Virus record (IMG/VR): IMGVR_UViG_3300020049_012467
Reading direction: 5' to 3' (one strand)
DNA from: an uncultured virus (IMG/VR IMGVR_UViG_3300020049_012467)
Taxonomy: Duplodnaviria; Heunggongvirae; Uroviricota; Caudoviricetes
DNA: 64,000 nucleotides
Below the pieces are notes generated by a model. The model saw only the letters and a list, made by a program, of their open reading frames with translations. It was not told the DNA's origin and did no database searches. How positions within the stretch are numbered: the first letter of the stretch is position 1; every line of letters starts with the position of its first letter. This document shows, piece by piece, positions 8,492-17,449 of the stretch. Position numbers and translations under genes: made by a program.

Positions 8492-10419
8492 TTGCGCCCC
8501 ATTCGGCCATACGGAGAGTTCTTGATGCCGCTCTCGCGCCTCGCTTTGTCCAGCTTGTAGTTGTTCTCTGACGCCTTTGCCATGGCGGCTGCAAGACGCC
8601 TGTTCTGGCGTTCTTCAAGCTGGCGCTGATATTTTCTGCTGGCGACCATACGCGGCTTGCCGCCTTTGTCGAGTTCGCGAGCGCGGTACATTTCCTGCGC
8701 TTCTTCGGTGAACTCACGCTTGGGCGGCGTGTGAACCATGCGCGTGCCGTAGGACGAGAATTCGCCAGTGGCTCCACCGCCGCCGAAAGCGTCGTCGTCC
8801 TTCGGCAAAAATTTCTTGATCTTCTTGCTGTACTTGGAAAGCTCCTGACGCGTTTCCATGTCGTCGTCGACTTGCCCGATAATTTTATCGAGGTTCTGAC
8901 CACCAGCGGCCGCAATCGTGCGGATGGGAATTGGAATGCCCTTCTCCATCATGTTCTGCAACATGTCGAGGTAGGCTTGATCGCCGGTCGGCGCGAGTTG
9001 CTTGTGCCAGTCAACGGTCGGAATGTGGTACTCCGTAATGTCGCTGATTTGGGAAATATCCGGAGCGTTCGCAGCCATGGCGACGAATTCCTCGCCGCCG
9101 CCGCGCCGCTTGCGCACAGCAATGCGCGGGTCGTCGTAACCCTGATCCTTGCCGGTGACCTTGATATCGCGCGCCGACTTCTTGTAGCCGTTGGCGACTG
9201 CAATGGACGGGAACAATTTTTCGTAGAAGAACTCTCGTGTCGCCATGTCGCGGAAGGCGCGCAGTTGTTCGATGAACACCGACAGGTTGGCTTCGAGCGT
9301 GGAAAAATTTGCATCGCCAGACAGGAATGCATCCGACAGACCAAGGCCCTTGAGCTTGGCTTGCGCAAACTGGTCGTTGATATCCGTCCACTTCCAGAAA
9401 TCGTCGCCGCGAACAATCTCGTTGATGTTCACGTCCTGACGCGTCGCAATAATTGCGCCAATCGGGTCCATGTTGGCCGACTTGAGCAAGTTGGCATAGG
9501 CGTTGAGTTCTTCGTTCGACGGATCGTGATCCATGCCGTCGCCTGCCGTAATGTGCAGGATTGCGCGTTGGCGCTGGTAGACGCTTTCCGTCGTGCCGCG
9601 AATGAGGGCTTTTTCCATCAACCAGATTGGCAGCACGCGATAGAGATACGAAATCCCGACCGAATTCCACGAATGCGTTCTGCGGCTGATGTAGACTGTG
9701 CTGGCCTGTTCCAGCAATATTTCTTTCGCCTTGCCGCCAGAAGCGCCTTTGCCGCCTTTCGCCATGTTGGAGAAGATTGACGGCAGATCGCTGAGAATTT
9801 TCTTGGCGCGCGGGTCTTTCTCCGCCACGGCAATCAGCTTTTGCATGGCGTCGGAGAGTTGCAGGTTGAGCAACGGATCGGCGCCGTGGATTGGGACCTG
9901 AATGGTTTCGATGAATTTTCCATCGTGCGGCACGATTGCCTTGAACATGCCTGCGCTGTCGTCCCAATCGAGCGAAGACTGGTGCGCGCCGTCGGTGAGA
10001 TAGTCGATGCTCATTGCAGGGAAGAAGGAACGGAGCTTCAGGTTCTCGACGTTCCGAATGTAGTTCTGCAATATTTTCCTGTCGCTCACGCCGGACAGCG
10101 TGAAATCCGAAAACGGCAGGTTGGACATGAGATCGATCGCAGCGCCGGAAATCGTGTCCAGCAAGTACATGTCGCGGCACATGGTGATAATCTGCTTGCG
10201 GTTGTTGGTGTCAATCAACCCTTCAAGCACGCCAAGTTCGTAGTTGCCACGCAGAGACGTTGCGCCGCCGCCAGCGCGACCGTTGCCGCCACCCATGCCG
10301 CCGGGCGTCAGAGACGCAAGGGCGGAAAATACGCGGTTGTTCAGATCAGACCCGCGACTGCTGATCTGGCGCTTGCCGTCGACACTGACGACGCCGTACG
10401 AGCTATATCCGTCAATCAT
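8488..10419 (-). CDS. Portal protein
   Basis: 643-aa, largely helical protein immediately downstream of terL and upstream of the protease. Portal-like segments include GAAIDLMSNLPFSDF and LGLSDAFLSGDANFSTLEANL. Confidence 0.75.
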   Translation of the reverse strand: MIDGYSSYGVVSVDGKRQISSRGSDLNNRVFSALASLTPGGMGGGNGRAGGGATSLRGNYELGVLEGLIDTNNRKQIITMCRDMYLLDTISGAAIDLMSNLPFSDFTLSGVSDRKILQNYIRNVENLKLRSFFPAMSIDYLTDGAHQSSLDWDDSAGMFKAIVPHDGKFIETIQVPIHGADPLLNLQLSDAMQKLIAVAEKDPRAKKILSDLPSIFSNMAKGGKGASGGKAKEILLEQASTVYISRRTHSWNSVGISYLYRVLPIWLMEKALIRGTTESVYQRQRAILHITAGDGMDHDPSNEELNAYANLLKSANMDPIGAIIATRQDVNINEIVRGDDFWKWTDINDQFAQAKLKGLGLSDAFLSGDANFSTLEANLSVFIEQLRAFRDMATREFFYEKLFPSIAVANGYKKSARDIKVTGKDQGYDDPRIAVRKRRGGGEEFVAMAANAPDISQISDITEYHIPTVDWHKQLAPTGDQAYLDMLQNMMEKGIPIPIRTIAAAGGQNLDKIIGQVDDDMETRQELSKYSKKIKKFLPKDDDAFGGGGATGEFSSYGTRMVHTPPKREFTEEAQEMYRARELDKGGKPRMVASRKYQRQLEERQNRRLAAAMAKASENNYKLDKARRESGIKNSPYGRMGRK

Positions 10420-10434
10420 CGACTGAGCCTCTAA

Positions 10435-10704
10435 TTATTTCGCGAGTTTCTTGGGAAGACAGATGCGTTCTTCCGGCCTGCACCACGCGCGGATTTTCGG
10501 ACCATTGGCCGGGCCGACCAGAACTTCAATCATGGCGCGGCCCTTGGGCGAGATTGAAGTATCGACGCCAGCGGTTTCCGGGGTGCGATCCGGCGTCGAA
10601 TGATCCTGAAGATCGGACCACGGACTGACGCGTTTCGGTTGGGATTTTTTCTTCATCACGAATGCCTGTTTTGCAAAGGCCAAAAGACGCCAGCAGGCAT
10701 TCAC
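10435..10704 (-). CDS. Small hypothetical protein (start uncertain)
   Basis: ORF fills the gap between terL and portal. Confidence 0.4.
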   Translation of the reverse strand: MNACWRLLAFAKQAFVMKKKSQPKRVSPWSDLQDHSTPDRTPETAGVDTSISPKGRAMIEVLVGPANGPKIRAWCRPEERICLPKKLAK

Positions 10705-10755
10705 GCCTGCATGGTATTGTTTACTCTGTACGATTAGGTTTGCGGTCTACGAAAA

Positions 10756-13011
10756 TTACGAGCCGCCGCCTGTGACAATCACAATGCCGGGAGCCGATGT
10801 AGACGCCGAAGAAGTGCCACCGCCACCGCCTGTAACGACTGCCATGCCAAGACCCTTGTTCGGGCCATAATCAGGCGTGTTGTCACCCGAAAATAATTCC
10901 TTGAATTCGGGGTGCATCAGGCAGCGATGGCATAGTACAGTGGCGCGGAACAGGTCATCCGTTGCGTTCGGCCCCTTGTCCACGGACTTTGGCGATTCAA
11001 CCACTGTGACGTTCTGGAAGTAGAAGTGCGAGATTGGAGCGTCGGCAAATTTTTCACGATAATCGGTCGTGGAGTCGGCGCTCATAATGTCTTCGAGCTT
11101 CATTTCCGGCCTTGGCAGGATTATGCCGCCGTCGAAGATTGCATCGCGGTAGCTCACAAAGTCGGGCTTCTTGAGCGAATACTGTTCGACTTGGAATTCC
11201 TCTGGCGTATCGAGGTTCTCTGCGTCAGACAATATTTTCATCGACTGCCAGCGGTCAACCGCCAGCATGGCGACGCCGTAGCGCTCAATGAGCGGCTTGA
11301 TGATTTCGTCAAACACGTCGCTGAAGTTGATGGGGTGCTGATCGTACGGCATGACTTCAATCAGCGCTTCAATGATTGGAATGTCGGCTTCCGGATCGAC
11401 GCGCCCCATGGCGAGAGCAAAGCTGTTGTTGATCGATCCAGCATCGATGGCGAGGCAGCGGCCCGTTTCGTTGCGCCAATTTTTCTTGCTGATGTAGGCG
11501 CCAGTCATCATGCGCCCGGTGCGGGACTGTTGCTTGTCGCGCGTCACAATGACGGGATTTTTTGCACCGTACTTGAACAGCGCCTTGAATTTCGTAATGT
11601 CGTCGATGAACGGAGAGAACGACATTGGAGGCTGCGCCGCGTAGTCTCGCAGGAAGGTTGAGCGGTTGTCTTTCTCGGCCTGCACCAGATCGGGGTGATC
11701 GCGCGAGACTTCCGGGTTCATTTCCCACGTCGCGTACGTGAACGAGTAGATTGTCTTGGAACCCTCGGCTTCCTTGACCAGTCGGCAAATGCGATCCTGC
11801 CACGACGATGGCGAAGAAATATTCAGCGACATTGGAGCAGGCAGAATATCGTTGCCGCGCTTGCGGCGCTTGGTGACAGCGTTCTTCAGCGTGAACAGCG
11901 AGCGATCAAGCGCCGTGTAGACCTGATCGGCGTTGAGCTTGATATTTTTATCGTTGATGCCAAACCAGCCCAATTCGTCGATGGTCGTGCCGAAACGCGT
12001 ATAACCACGAAGCGTGCGGCCATCGGCGGCGGATGCGCTGATCATGAGGTTCTTGTGGCGATAGCTCAGGAACGTGTCCATGTACTTGAACAGTTCTTCG
12101 CCATTTTTTTGTCCGTAGTGATCGAGCATCTTGTGGTAGTTCTGAAACCACGAACTCAATTCGATCAGCGATGAGAAGGGCGTCCACAAGTTGTCGAACG
12201 CCTGCTTGAACGTCGGCGCGACAAACGTCGCCGTCAGGACTTGGTTGGGCAGAAGGCCGTAGTCGACAGGCGGCATGGATAATTTCAACTGACGGTGCGT
12301 GCCGTAGGTGGAAATCATCGAGGCCAGAATGGACTTCGATCCACGCTGACCGGCCAGACCAGCGAGCGTGAAATAATCATACAGTTCTTCGGTCGCAATC
12401 AGTTCGGATTTGCGAACGCCGCAGGATGGGCAAACGCCCTTGTGCAGCAGTTGCGCTTTCGAACGGAAGTGCTTGAGCGGAGAGTCGACCGGAACGTCCA
12501 TAATCCATTCGGCGTCGGAACACCGGGGGCACCACTCGCTCAGAAAGCCAATGCCAATTTCAATCTGCTTGGCGAACGGCGTCATGTCCTTGTTGCCGCA
12601 AAAGGACTTGGACCGCATGAAGTGATAGAAATTATTCGACAGCGGGAAATCAGAGTCGTCAATCTGCTTGGACGAATAATCCATCTGCTTGACGACGCCG
12701 TTGCGCAGTTCGCGCTTCATCATTTCGCGCAGATCGCGCTGCGTCTCTGGCGCGTCTTCGGCGGACCATTCGCGGCGCTTTGGTTCGTGCTCTGCCTTGG
12801 GCGGATTGATGGTCGCGGCTTCAGCAACGCGCCGGTCCGTTTCGTCCATGATTGCGTCAATGGACGTAAACTTGGAGCATAGGTGCTTGAGGCTCTTGTC
12901 TGGGTCGCGGCAGACGAAATAATTCTTGCAGCCCGTGCAGTTTTCCGCAAAGGACGCCTTGAGCGGCTTGCCGAGTTTGACGATCTGGCGCTTGTTTGAG
13001 AGACGTACCAT
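10756..13011 (-). CDS. terL: Terminase large subunit
   Basis: Walker A GQRGSKS, LRG motif plus Walker B TIDELGWF, coupling motif ISSP, RNase H-like nuclease IDAG...DRWQS...DDL, and CxxC pairs in the N-terminal region. Confidence 0.9.
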   Translation of the reverse strand: MVRLSNKRQIVKLGKPLKASFAENCTGCKNYFVCRDPDKSLKHLCSKFTSIDAIMDETDRRVAEAATINPPKAEHEPKRREWSAEDAPETQRDLREMMKRELRNGVVKQMDYSSKQIDDSDFPLSNNFYHFMRSKSFCGNKDMTPFAKQIEIGIGFLSEWCPRCSDAEWIMDVPVDSPLKHFRSKAQLLHKGVCPSCGVRKSELIATEELYDYFTLAGLAGQRGSKSILASMISTYGTHRQLKLSMPPVDYGLLPNQVLTATFVAPTFKQAFDNLWTPFSSLIELSSWFQNYHKMLDHYGQKNGEELFKYMDTFLSYRHKNLMISASAADGRTLRGYTRFGTTIDELGWFGINDKNIKLNADQVYTALDRSLFTLKNAVTKRRKRGNDILPAPMSLNISSPSSWQDRICRLVKEAEGSKTIYSFTYATWEMNPEVSRDHPDLVQAEKDNRSTFLRDYAAQPPMSFSPFIDDITKFKALFKYGAKNPVIVTRDKQQSRTGRMMTGAYISKKNWRNETGRCLAIDAGSINNSFALAMGRVDPEADIPIIEALIEVMPYDQHPINFSDVFDEIIKPLIERYGVAMLAVDRWQSMKILSDAENLDTPEEFQVEQYSLKKPDFVSYRDAIFDGGIILPRPEMKLEDIMSADSTTDYREKFADAPISHFYFQNVTVVESPKSVDKGPNATDDLFRATVLCHRCLMHPEFKELFSGDNTPDYGPNKGLGMAVVTGGGGGTSSASTSAPGIVIVTGGGS

Positions 13012-13029
13012 CTATTTTACCATAGTGGG

Positions 13030-13650
13030 TTAGGACGACTCTGGATTAGCGCCGGGCTTTGCAGGTCGCGGCTTGGGCGTGGAGATTGAACGCTTGACCG
13101 GCTTCTGCGCCGTAATCTTGCGCGGTTGCTGCACGCGCGGCACTGGCCCCTGCTTCACGTTTTCAGCGAAACCATCCAGCGCACGTTCAAGCGCACGTTC
13201 GGCTGATATTTTCTCATAGCCAAATTCCTTGGCGATGAACATTGCCAGCGTCAGCTTGCGTGCATCCGGCGACAGATCGTTGTGCGACAGGACGAAATCG
13301 AAGAAGGCGATACGGGATGCACGCTTGGAGAAATCGACCACGGCGGAAATATCCACGCCAGCGCGGTCCATCTTCATGTTCTGCCGCAGGGCGCGGTTGG
13401 TCAGTTCAAATCCTTCGACTACGCCGTACGAGCGCGCGAGGAATGCCAGCACGGCGCCAAGCGAGCGTTTCGAGTTGCGTGTCCATTCCGAGAAGAACGG
13501 CTCAGTGTCGTAGTCAGCAAGGGCATCGCGGAAATATTTGTCGCGCTTTGCCTTCTCCCTTTCCATGACCGACTTGATTGTCTTGGCCTTGGGCCTGCTG
13601 GTCGCGGCGACAGACGCCATCTTGCCAAGCGGACGTTTTTTCTTCTTCAC
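13030..13650 (-). CDS. Hypothetical basic protein
   Basis: 206-aa ORF overlapping the dnaB stop codon (GTGA). Confidence 0.65.
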   Translation of the reverse strand: MKKKKRPLGKMASVAATSRPKAKTIKSVMEREKAKRDKYFRDALADYDTEPFFSEWTRNSKRSLGAVLAFLARSYGVVEGFELTNRALRQNMKMDRAGVDISAVVDFSKRASRIAFFDFVLSHNDLSPDARKLTLAMFIAKEFGYEKISAERALERALDGFAENVKQGPVPRVQQPRKITAQKPVKRSISTPKPRPAKPGANPESS

Positions 13651-15038
13651 GCGGCATACCTCCTGCCGGTCGGGCCTTTGTACGCCCCTGATCCGCTCTT
13701 GAGCTTGCGGTAGTCAGACAGCGAAGACCGCTGGCCCACAACGTTTGTCTGCGAACGTTTGTACTCGCGAATCTGATCCTCGGTCGGGTCTTCAAAGCGA
13801 GACATTGCAAAATTTTCCCGCAGGAAGAAATCATACATGGGCTGGTTGCGGCTCTTTTGCTGCACAATCTTGACCATGTGCGTCTCTTTCTCGCGCTCTC
13901 CAAACGTCCACGTCCACATCAACCCGGCGTGTTCCTTGATTGCCTTGGCGTAGCGGATTTTTTCTTCTTCGGAAAGCTGCGCCAGCAGCACGACGGCGCA
14001 GTTGTTGGCCTGCGCAAACACTTTCGCTTGCCGACCCGCTTGTCCAAGCGCCTTCCACTGTTCTTCGCTGTCAGCGTCTTCCAGCAGCGTCATGTAGTCG
14101 ATAAAAATTGTGTCGTAGGAGAACGGCTCTGACTGATCGAGAACGTCGCGCATGGAAACGCCGCCGCGCGGAACTGCCTCAGACGTGAAGCCGCCGTTTT
14201 CAATGATGCGCGTGGCGTACTCGTCATAGGCGGCGACAATCTTGCGCTTCTCTGATTTTTTCAGCTTCTCTGGAAACTGAAACCGCTCCATTGGAATGTC
14301 GGTGATGCGCGCCAGCAGACGGTTTTCCATTTCCTCGTGGTTCATTTCCAGCGACCAGTAGCATGACCGGGCGCCGTTGAGCGCCTGATTGACGCGGATG
14401 GTATCAGCCAGCGTCGTCTTGCCGCCGCCAGTTGTACCAGCGAGAGAAATAAATGCAGTCTTGATGAAGCCGCGTGACCGTTCGTCGAAAGCGCGCAGCC
14501 CGGTCGGCACAAAGTTGTGACCGCCACGCTTCATCAGATCGCGCAAAACGTCCTTGCCGGTTCGCTTCAATTTTTTCCCATCGCCAATGTGCCTGAACGT
14601 TTCCTCGTCAGACACCTTGCGGGATTTCTGCGCGGCCTTTGCGAGAATGTCGGACAGGTCGTCGGCAGAAACGGAGTCCTCGCTGATTGCTTCCGCAATG
14701 GACTTTGCAGCTTCGGCGGCGAAGCGAATGCGTGTGTACTCGCCAAGCCGGTCTGCAACCTGCTTCATCGTCTTTATTTTCTTGATGGGTGCAGACTTGA
14801 CCTTGGCGGCGCGCTCGCGCACAGGCTCTGAGATTGCCGGGTCAGTGATAATGTCGCGCCATGTGGGCGCAACGCCCTTTGTCTTCATCAGGTAAGTGGC
14901 GCGGTCGAATATTTCCTGAGACGCCGTGAAGTGGAACAGGCTTGATCCGCCAGCCTTGCGGAGAAGCGACATTCGCTTGGGGCTGGAAACGGCGCTCTTG
15001 ACGGCGCGCATTTCCAGATCGTGATCGAAGGTCTTCAA
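13647..15038 (-). CDS. dnaB: Replicative DNA helicase, DnaB/SF4 family
   Basis: H1 GTTGGGKTT, H1a YWSLEM, H2 IFIDYMTLL, H3 LLAQL and H4 KSRN. Confidence 0.9.
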   Translation of the reverse strand: MKTFDHDLEMRAVKSAVSSPKRMSLLRKAGGSSLFHFTASQEIFDRATYLMKTKGVAPTWRDIITDPAISEPVRERAAKVKSAPIKKIKTMKQVADRLGEYTRIRFAAEAAKSIAEAISEDSVSADDLSDILAKAAQKSRKVSDEETFRHIGDGKKLKRTGKDVLRDLMKRGGHNFVPTGLRAFDERSRGFIKTAFISLAGTTGGGKTTLADTIRVNQALNGARSCYWSLEMNHEEMENRLLARITDIPMERFQFPEKLKKSEKRKIVAAYDEYATRIIENGGFTSEAVPRGGVSMRDVLDQSEPFSYDTIFIDYMTLLEDADSEEQWKALGQAGRQAKVFAQANNCAVVLLAQLSEEEKIRYAKAIKEHAGLMWTWTFGEREKETHMVKIVQQKSRNQPMYDFFLRENFAMSRFEDPTEDQIREYKRSQTNVVGQRSSLSDYRKLKSGSGAYKGPTGRRYAA

Positions 15039-15153
15039 AGGGTACGCCCCTGACTATTTATTTTCTGGAACTGCCATGTTTGGCCTCAGAAAAGCTTTAC
15101 CCGACACGTCGCATTGGCAACATGCCGGGCATGGCTCGAATTAGGACAGGTTT

Positions 15154-15591
15154 TCAGTGCTTGGTGGTAGCCGGGGTAAGCACAGCGACAATCTCTGGCA
15201 TGGACTTGAAAAGAGCCATTGGCTGAGCATGGCGGTGCAGGTCGCGCAGGAATTTTTCCTGCAACTCTGTCTGGTCGGCGTAGTGGAAAGTGAACTCGGA
15301 TTTGCAAAACCCGACTTCGAGGCTGAGTTGCACCACGCGAACATACGTCGGCGCAGTGGTGGGGTTCGGAATGTAGCCGGGGCGCACAGTCAGAACGATG
15401 GTGTACGGATTTTTCTTTTCGAGGGCTGGCAGGTGATCGTCCAGATCGCCCTTGCATGTGATTGTAAAGTCGCGGCCTTCGTTGCCAAGCGTCAGGGCGG
15501 AAACCTCCGGCCAGTTGTTCTGCTTGAGCATTTGCAGGAGCGCGCCAGCGCTGGCAAAGTTTTCAGGAGTGAGCATGGTAGTCCCCTTCAA
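15154..15591 (-). CDS. Hypothetical protein
   Basis: 145-aa ORF in the co-directional gene run. Confidence 0.6.
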   Translation of the reverse strand: MKGTTMLTPENFASAGALLQMLKQNNWPEVSALTLGNEGRDFTITCKGDLDDHLPALEKKNPYTIVLTVRPGYIPNPTTAPTYVRVVQLSLEVGFCKSEFTFHYADQTELQEKFLRDLHRHAQPMALFKSMPEIVAVLTPATTKH

Positions 15592-16175
15592 AGAAAAAAT
15601 AGAACGCGGCCGTAATCAACATTGAGGCGGCGGTATCCAACGTCAACTGGCGATAATCCGGCGGCCAGAACGATTGTAGAGCGCGCATTCAAGTCTAGGT
15701 ACGCGCGAATTTTTTCAACTCGCGTGACTGAACTCTCGGCGTACATTGCGTCAACGATCAACAGATCGGGCTGGAAGATGTGCTCGTAATCGCCATCCAG
15801 AAATGAATCTCGAAAGCCATGTCCGCTGACGCGACGCCACACGATGCGGTTGGCCTTTTCAATATTTCCTGACGCAAGCTGAAATGCAGCGTATCCAGAC
15901 GCCGCTTGCCTCGCCGGAGCCGGGTGACGCTTGCCGGAATAGATTGCAATACCACCGAAGCCATTCTTCAGATCGTCGTAGTAAGTGTCTTTCTGCGATG
16001 ACGCTGGAATTTCTTCGCCAGAGTAGTCTTGCGGCATTTCCACGTCCACGAGTTGACCCATGACGACAGGCCGCTCGCGATAGTCCTTTGGCGGAAAAAA
16101 TACTGGCGGTATTCCGCACTCTTCCACCAACGCTTCGTAGGCGCGGTTGAGGGCCTTCGTCTTCACCGCCATCAT
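15588..16175 (-). CDS. Hypothetical protein, possible degenerate DnaC-like helicase loader
   Basis: Walker B-like PDLLIVD, ending in RSTIVL; no intact Walker A; close to dnaB. Confidence 0.4.
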   Translation of the reverse strand: MMAVKTKALNRAYEALVEECGIPPVFFPPKDYRERPVVMGQLVDVEMPQDYSGEEIPASSQKDTYYDDLKNGFGGIAIYSGKRHPAPARQAASGYAAFQLASGNIEKANRIVWRRVSGHGFRDSFLDGDYEHIFQPDLLIVDAMYAESSVTRVEKIRAYLDLNARSTIVLAAGLSPVDVGYRRLNVDYGRVLFFL

Positions 16176-16729
16176 CCAGCCCTTTGCTCGTCTTCGCGTT
16201 TCGGGAATATCGGTTTGCGCGCTTCTTTGAATAACGCCGCAAAACCTGAAGGAAAAAACTCCTGATTCATGTGGACGGCTTCGCGAGGATTGCGCGCAGC
16301 AAGACGGCGATGGAAGCAGTTCATGGCGTCATCCAGTCCGACAAAATATTGTTCGCTGCACGCGTTGAACTCCAGCGGATCGCCGTTTTCTCCGCCCGCG
16401 TCGTACTCGTTGTAGCACACCTGATACAGCAGCATGGGCGGACAAGCGTCAAACGTGAACAGTTCGCGAGTGACGCCCATGTAGTCGCTGCGATGATCCG
16501 CGTGCTCGCCGTGCGGCATCATGGATTTTTTCACGAGTGCATGTTTCTCGATGACGTCGTCTTCCATAGACAGAAGCAACGCCATCAGGTCGCCAGCGGC
16601 GCACACGTCTGTGCCACGTGGGCCAAACGACTGCTTCTCCACGCGCGCACGAATGTCGTTGATGCGTTGCAGCGGTCGCTCATACATGCCTTTGAGCGTG
16701 GCAATAATTTCCTTGCGACGAACAGTCAT
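16172..16729 (-). CDS. Hypothetical protein
   Basis: Start reassigned to the ATG at 16729 (AGGAG RBS), downstream of a terminator that the longer ORF-track call would overlap. Confidence 0.65.
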   Translation of the reverse strand: MTVRRKEIIATLKGMYERPLQRINDIRARVEKQSFGPRGTDVCAAGDLMALLLSMEDDVIEKHALVKKSMMPHGEHADHRSDYMGVTRELFTFDACPPMLLYQVCYNEYDAGGENGDPLEFNACSEQYFVGLDDAMNCFHRRLAARNPREAVHMNQEFFPSGFAALFKEARKPIFPKREDEQRAG

Positions 16730-16768
16730 GGAGGTTCTCCTATTGGTGCGAGTGTGTTTACCGCAACG

Positions 16769-16799
16769 AAAACCCCGCCGCAGCTTTCGCCGGGCGGGG
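16769..16799 (-). terminator. Rho-independent terminator ending the tail-fibre operon
   Basis: CCCCGCC...GGCGGGG stem followed by a T run on the minus strand. Confidence 0.65.
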
Positions 16800-16830
16800 C
16801 TCATTTTCAACAACGACGTCTTTTTGTCGT

Positions 16831-17067
16831 TTAGGCGTACTGCCGCGCGTAGCTTTCTGCAGCGCGCCCTACCACAAACTGAATGTAGGCTTCATCCGAG
16901 TCGATGTAGTCTGGATGGTCCTCAACCTCCTGAGCCGGGACATAATTTTCCTCACCTTCCACGCCTTGAGCGGGAGACAAGGACAAAGCCTGATTGTAGG
17001 CGTTGCGCGCGGCTGTGATGCCAGCAATATGGGCGGGGTTTGTGACGGTGACTGTAAAAGTTGCCAT
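16831..17067 (-). CDS. Small tail-fibre-associated protein
   Basis: 78-aa ORF downstream of the fibre gene with an AGGA RBS. Confidence 0.55.
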   Translation of the reverse strand: MATFTVTVTNPAHIAGITAARNAYNQALSLSPAQGVEGEENYVPAQEVEDHPDYIDSDEAYIQFVVGRAAESYARQYA

Positions 17068-17077
17068 GATTTATTTC

Positions 17078-17398
17078 CTATTCGGCGGCTTTTGTTTCGT
17101 CGACTTTTGGCTCAGCGTGTTTGGCGAAGACTTTCGCAATCTGTCCAACGATGAGCGGCGGCATCATCTTGGCGATTCGTTCCTTGATCTTTGTTTTTTC
17201 CTCGTTCTTGAAATCCGGCGTTGCTTCTTTGCAGCGATCAGCCAATTCGTGCAGGTCCAGTTTGGCGTCGAAGGACAGGTTTTCGTCGCCCGGCAGGCCG
17301 TTGAGAAGCGCCTTGCGGCAGAGACGCCCAACTGTTTCAGGCGGCACAAAGGGTTGATCGTCTTCGTTGAGGACTTGAACGGTCATGTCGATCTTCAT
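17078..17398 (-). CDS. Small tail-fibre-associated protein (possible chaperone)
   Basis: 106-aa ORF directly after the fibre gene with a GGAG RBS. Confidence 0.55.
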   Translation of the reverse strand: MKIDMTVQVLNEDDQPFVPPETVGRLCRKALLNGLPGDENLSFDAKLDLHELADRCKEATPDFKNEEKTKIKERIAKMMPPLIVGQIAKVFAKHAEPKVDETKAAE

Positions 17399-17449
17399 AG
17401 AAATATTCTCCCAGTAAAAATGTGATATCGTGTATTTACCACGTTCATT

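Noticed and set aside
10756..13011. Inteins or introns in terL, polA or the SNF2 ATPase
   Set aside because: I saw no intein C1/HN-C splice motifs or LAGLIDADG blocks, and the catalytic motifs are contiguous.
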